From the NCBI RefSeq assembly GCF_004010195.1, contig NC_057711.1:75843579-75907578 (forward strand): 64,000 nt of DNA, in the 5' to 3' direction. This document shows positions 63,070 to 64,000 of the stretch, piece by piece (the first letter of the stretch is position 1; each line of letters begins with the position of its first letter). The notes under the pieces are model-generated. The model saw only the letters and a list, made by a program, of their open reading frames with translations, did no database searches and was not told the origin of the DNA. The position numbers and the translations under genes were made by a program. This stretch comes from Chiloscyllium plagiosum. Its lineage: Eukaryota.

Positions 63070-63924
63070 CAAAGTTTGGGTGAAGATTTGTAGCTCGGGT
63101 GCTCGTTGCTGTGGTTCTGTTCGCCGAGCTGGAAATTTTTGTTGCAAACGTTTCGTCCCCTGGCTAGGTGACATCCTCAGTGCTTGGGAGCCTCCTGTGA
63201 AGCGCTTCTGTGGTGTTGCCTCCGGCATTTATAGTGGCCTGTCCCTGCCGCTTCCGGTTGTCAGTTTCAGCTGTCCGCTGTAGTGGCCGGTATATTGGGT
63301 CCAGGTCGATGTGTTTGTTGAAGGAGTTTGTGGATGAGTGCCAAGCGTCTAGGAATTCCCTGGCTGTTCTTTGTTTCGCTTGCCCTATAATGGTGGTGTT
63401 GTCCGAGTCGAATTCATGTTGCTTGTCGTCTGTGTGTGTGGCCACTAGGGATAGCTGGTCGTGGCGTTTCGTGGCTAGTTGATCATGGATGTGGATCGTT
63501 AGCTGTTTGTCCTATTATTTTGTCCTATAACGATCCGCATCCATGAACATCAACCAGCCACGAAACGCCACGACCAGCTATCCTTGGTAGCCACACACGC
63601 GGACGACAAGCAACATGAATTTGACTGGGACAACACTACCATTATAGGGCAAGCCAAACAAAGAACAGCCAGGGAATTCCTAGAAGCATGGCACTCATCC
63701 ACAAACGCCATCAACAAACACATCGACCTGGACCCAATATACCGGCCACTACAGCTGACAGCTGAAACTGACAACCGGAAGCGGCAGGGACAGGCCACTA
63801 TAAATGCCGGAGGAAACACCACAGAAGCGCTTCACAGGAGGCTCCCAAGCACTGAGGATGTCACCTAGACAGGGGATGAAATGTTTGCAACAAAGATTCC
63901 CAGCTCGGCGAACAGAACCACAGC
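63070..63924. mobile_element. Penelope-like insertion made of two inverted 3' segments, inside an old CR1 fragment
   Basis: 14-bp TSD agaataaatgagtt (63056-63069, 63925-63938). Mirror ORFs 63164-63445(-) and 63584-63868(+) encode a GIY-YIG C-terminus. Each arm has a hammerhead core. Confidence 0.92.
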
Positions 63925-64000
63925 AGAATAAATGAGTTGGATGAAGGGACGATGTCTGCTTAATTTCCTGGTAATACTTTTCTACATAAATTCGTAAGTT

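Overview
Repeat-dense vertebrate genomic DNA, most likely a shark. This is inferred from an HE1-type V-SINE, HER1/CR1-type LINEs and abundant Penelope-like elements. The window holds the 5' parts of two head-to-head genes that share a CpG-rich bidirectional promoter at about 40.7-41.1 kb. NMRK1 (nicotinamide riboside kinase, minus strand) has coding exons at 22866-22894, 13192-13282 and 7435-7483 and continues off the left edge. OSTF1 (plus strand) has coding exons at 41105-41138 and 62517-62563 and continues off the right edge. The introns contain CR1 LINEs (including SGNH-esterase ORF1), an L1-clade element, a Gmr1-like Gypsy remnant, solo LTRs, a Rex/Babar-like LINE, SINEs, a FLYWCH-type MULE, a Tigger-like MITE, a Harbinger Myb remnant and many Penelope-derived insertions. 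The most notable points are: (i) at least five Penelope-derived fold-back insertions with long TSDs, and several minimal hammerhead ribozyme cores; (ii) a possible in-frame basic N-terminal extension of NMRK1 plus an overlapping uORF; (iii) a 260-bp templated inverted insertion. There are two assembly gaps (1205-1275, 31459-31808). Almost all ORF-track entries are transposon debris or chance ORFs. No database searches were run.
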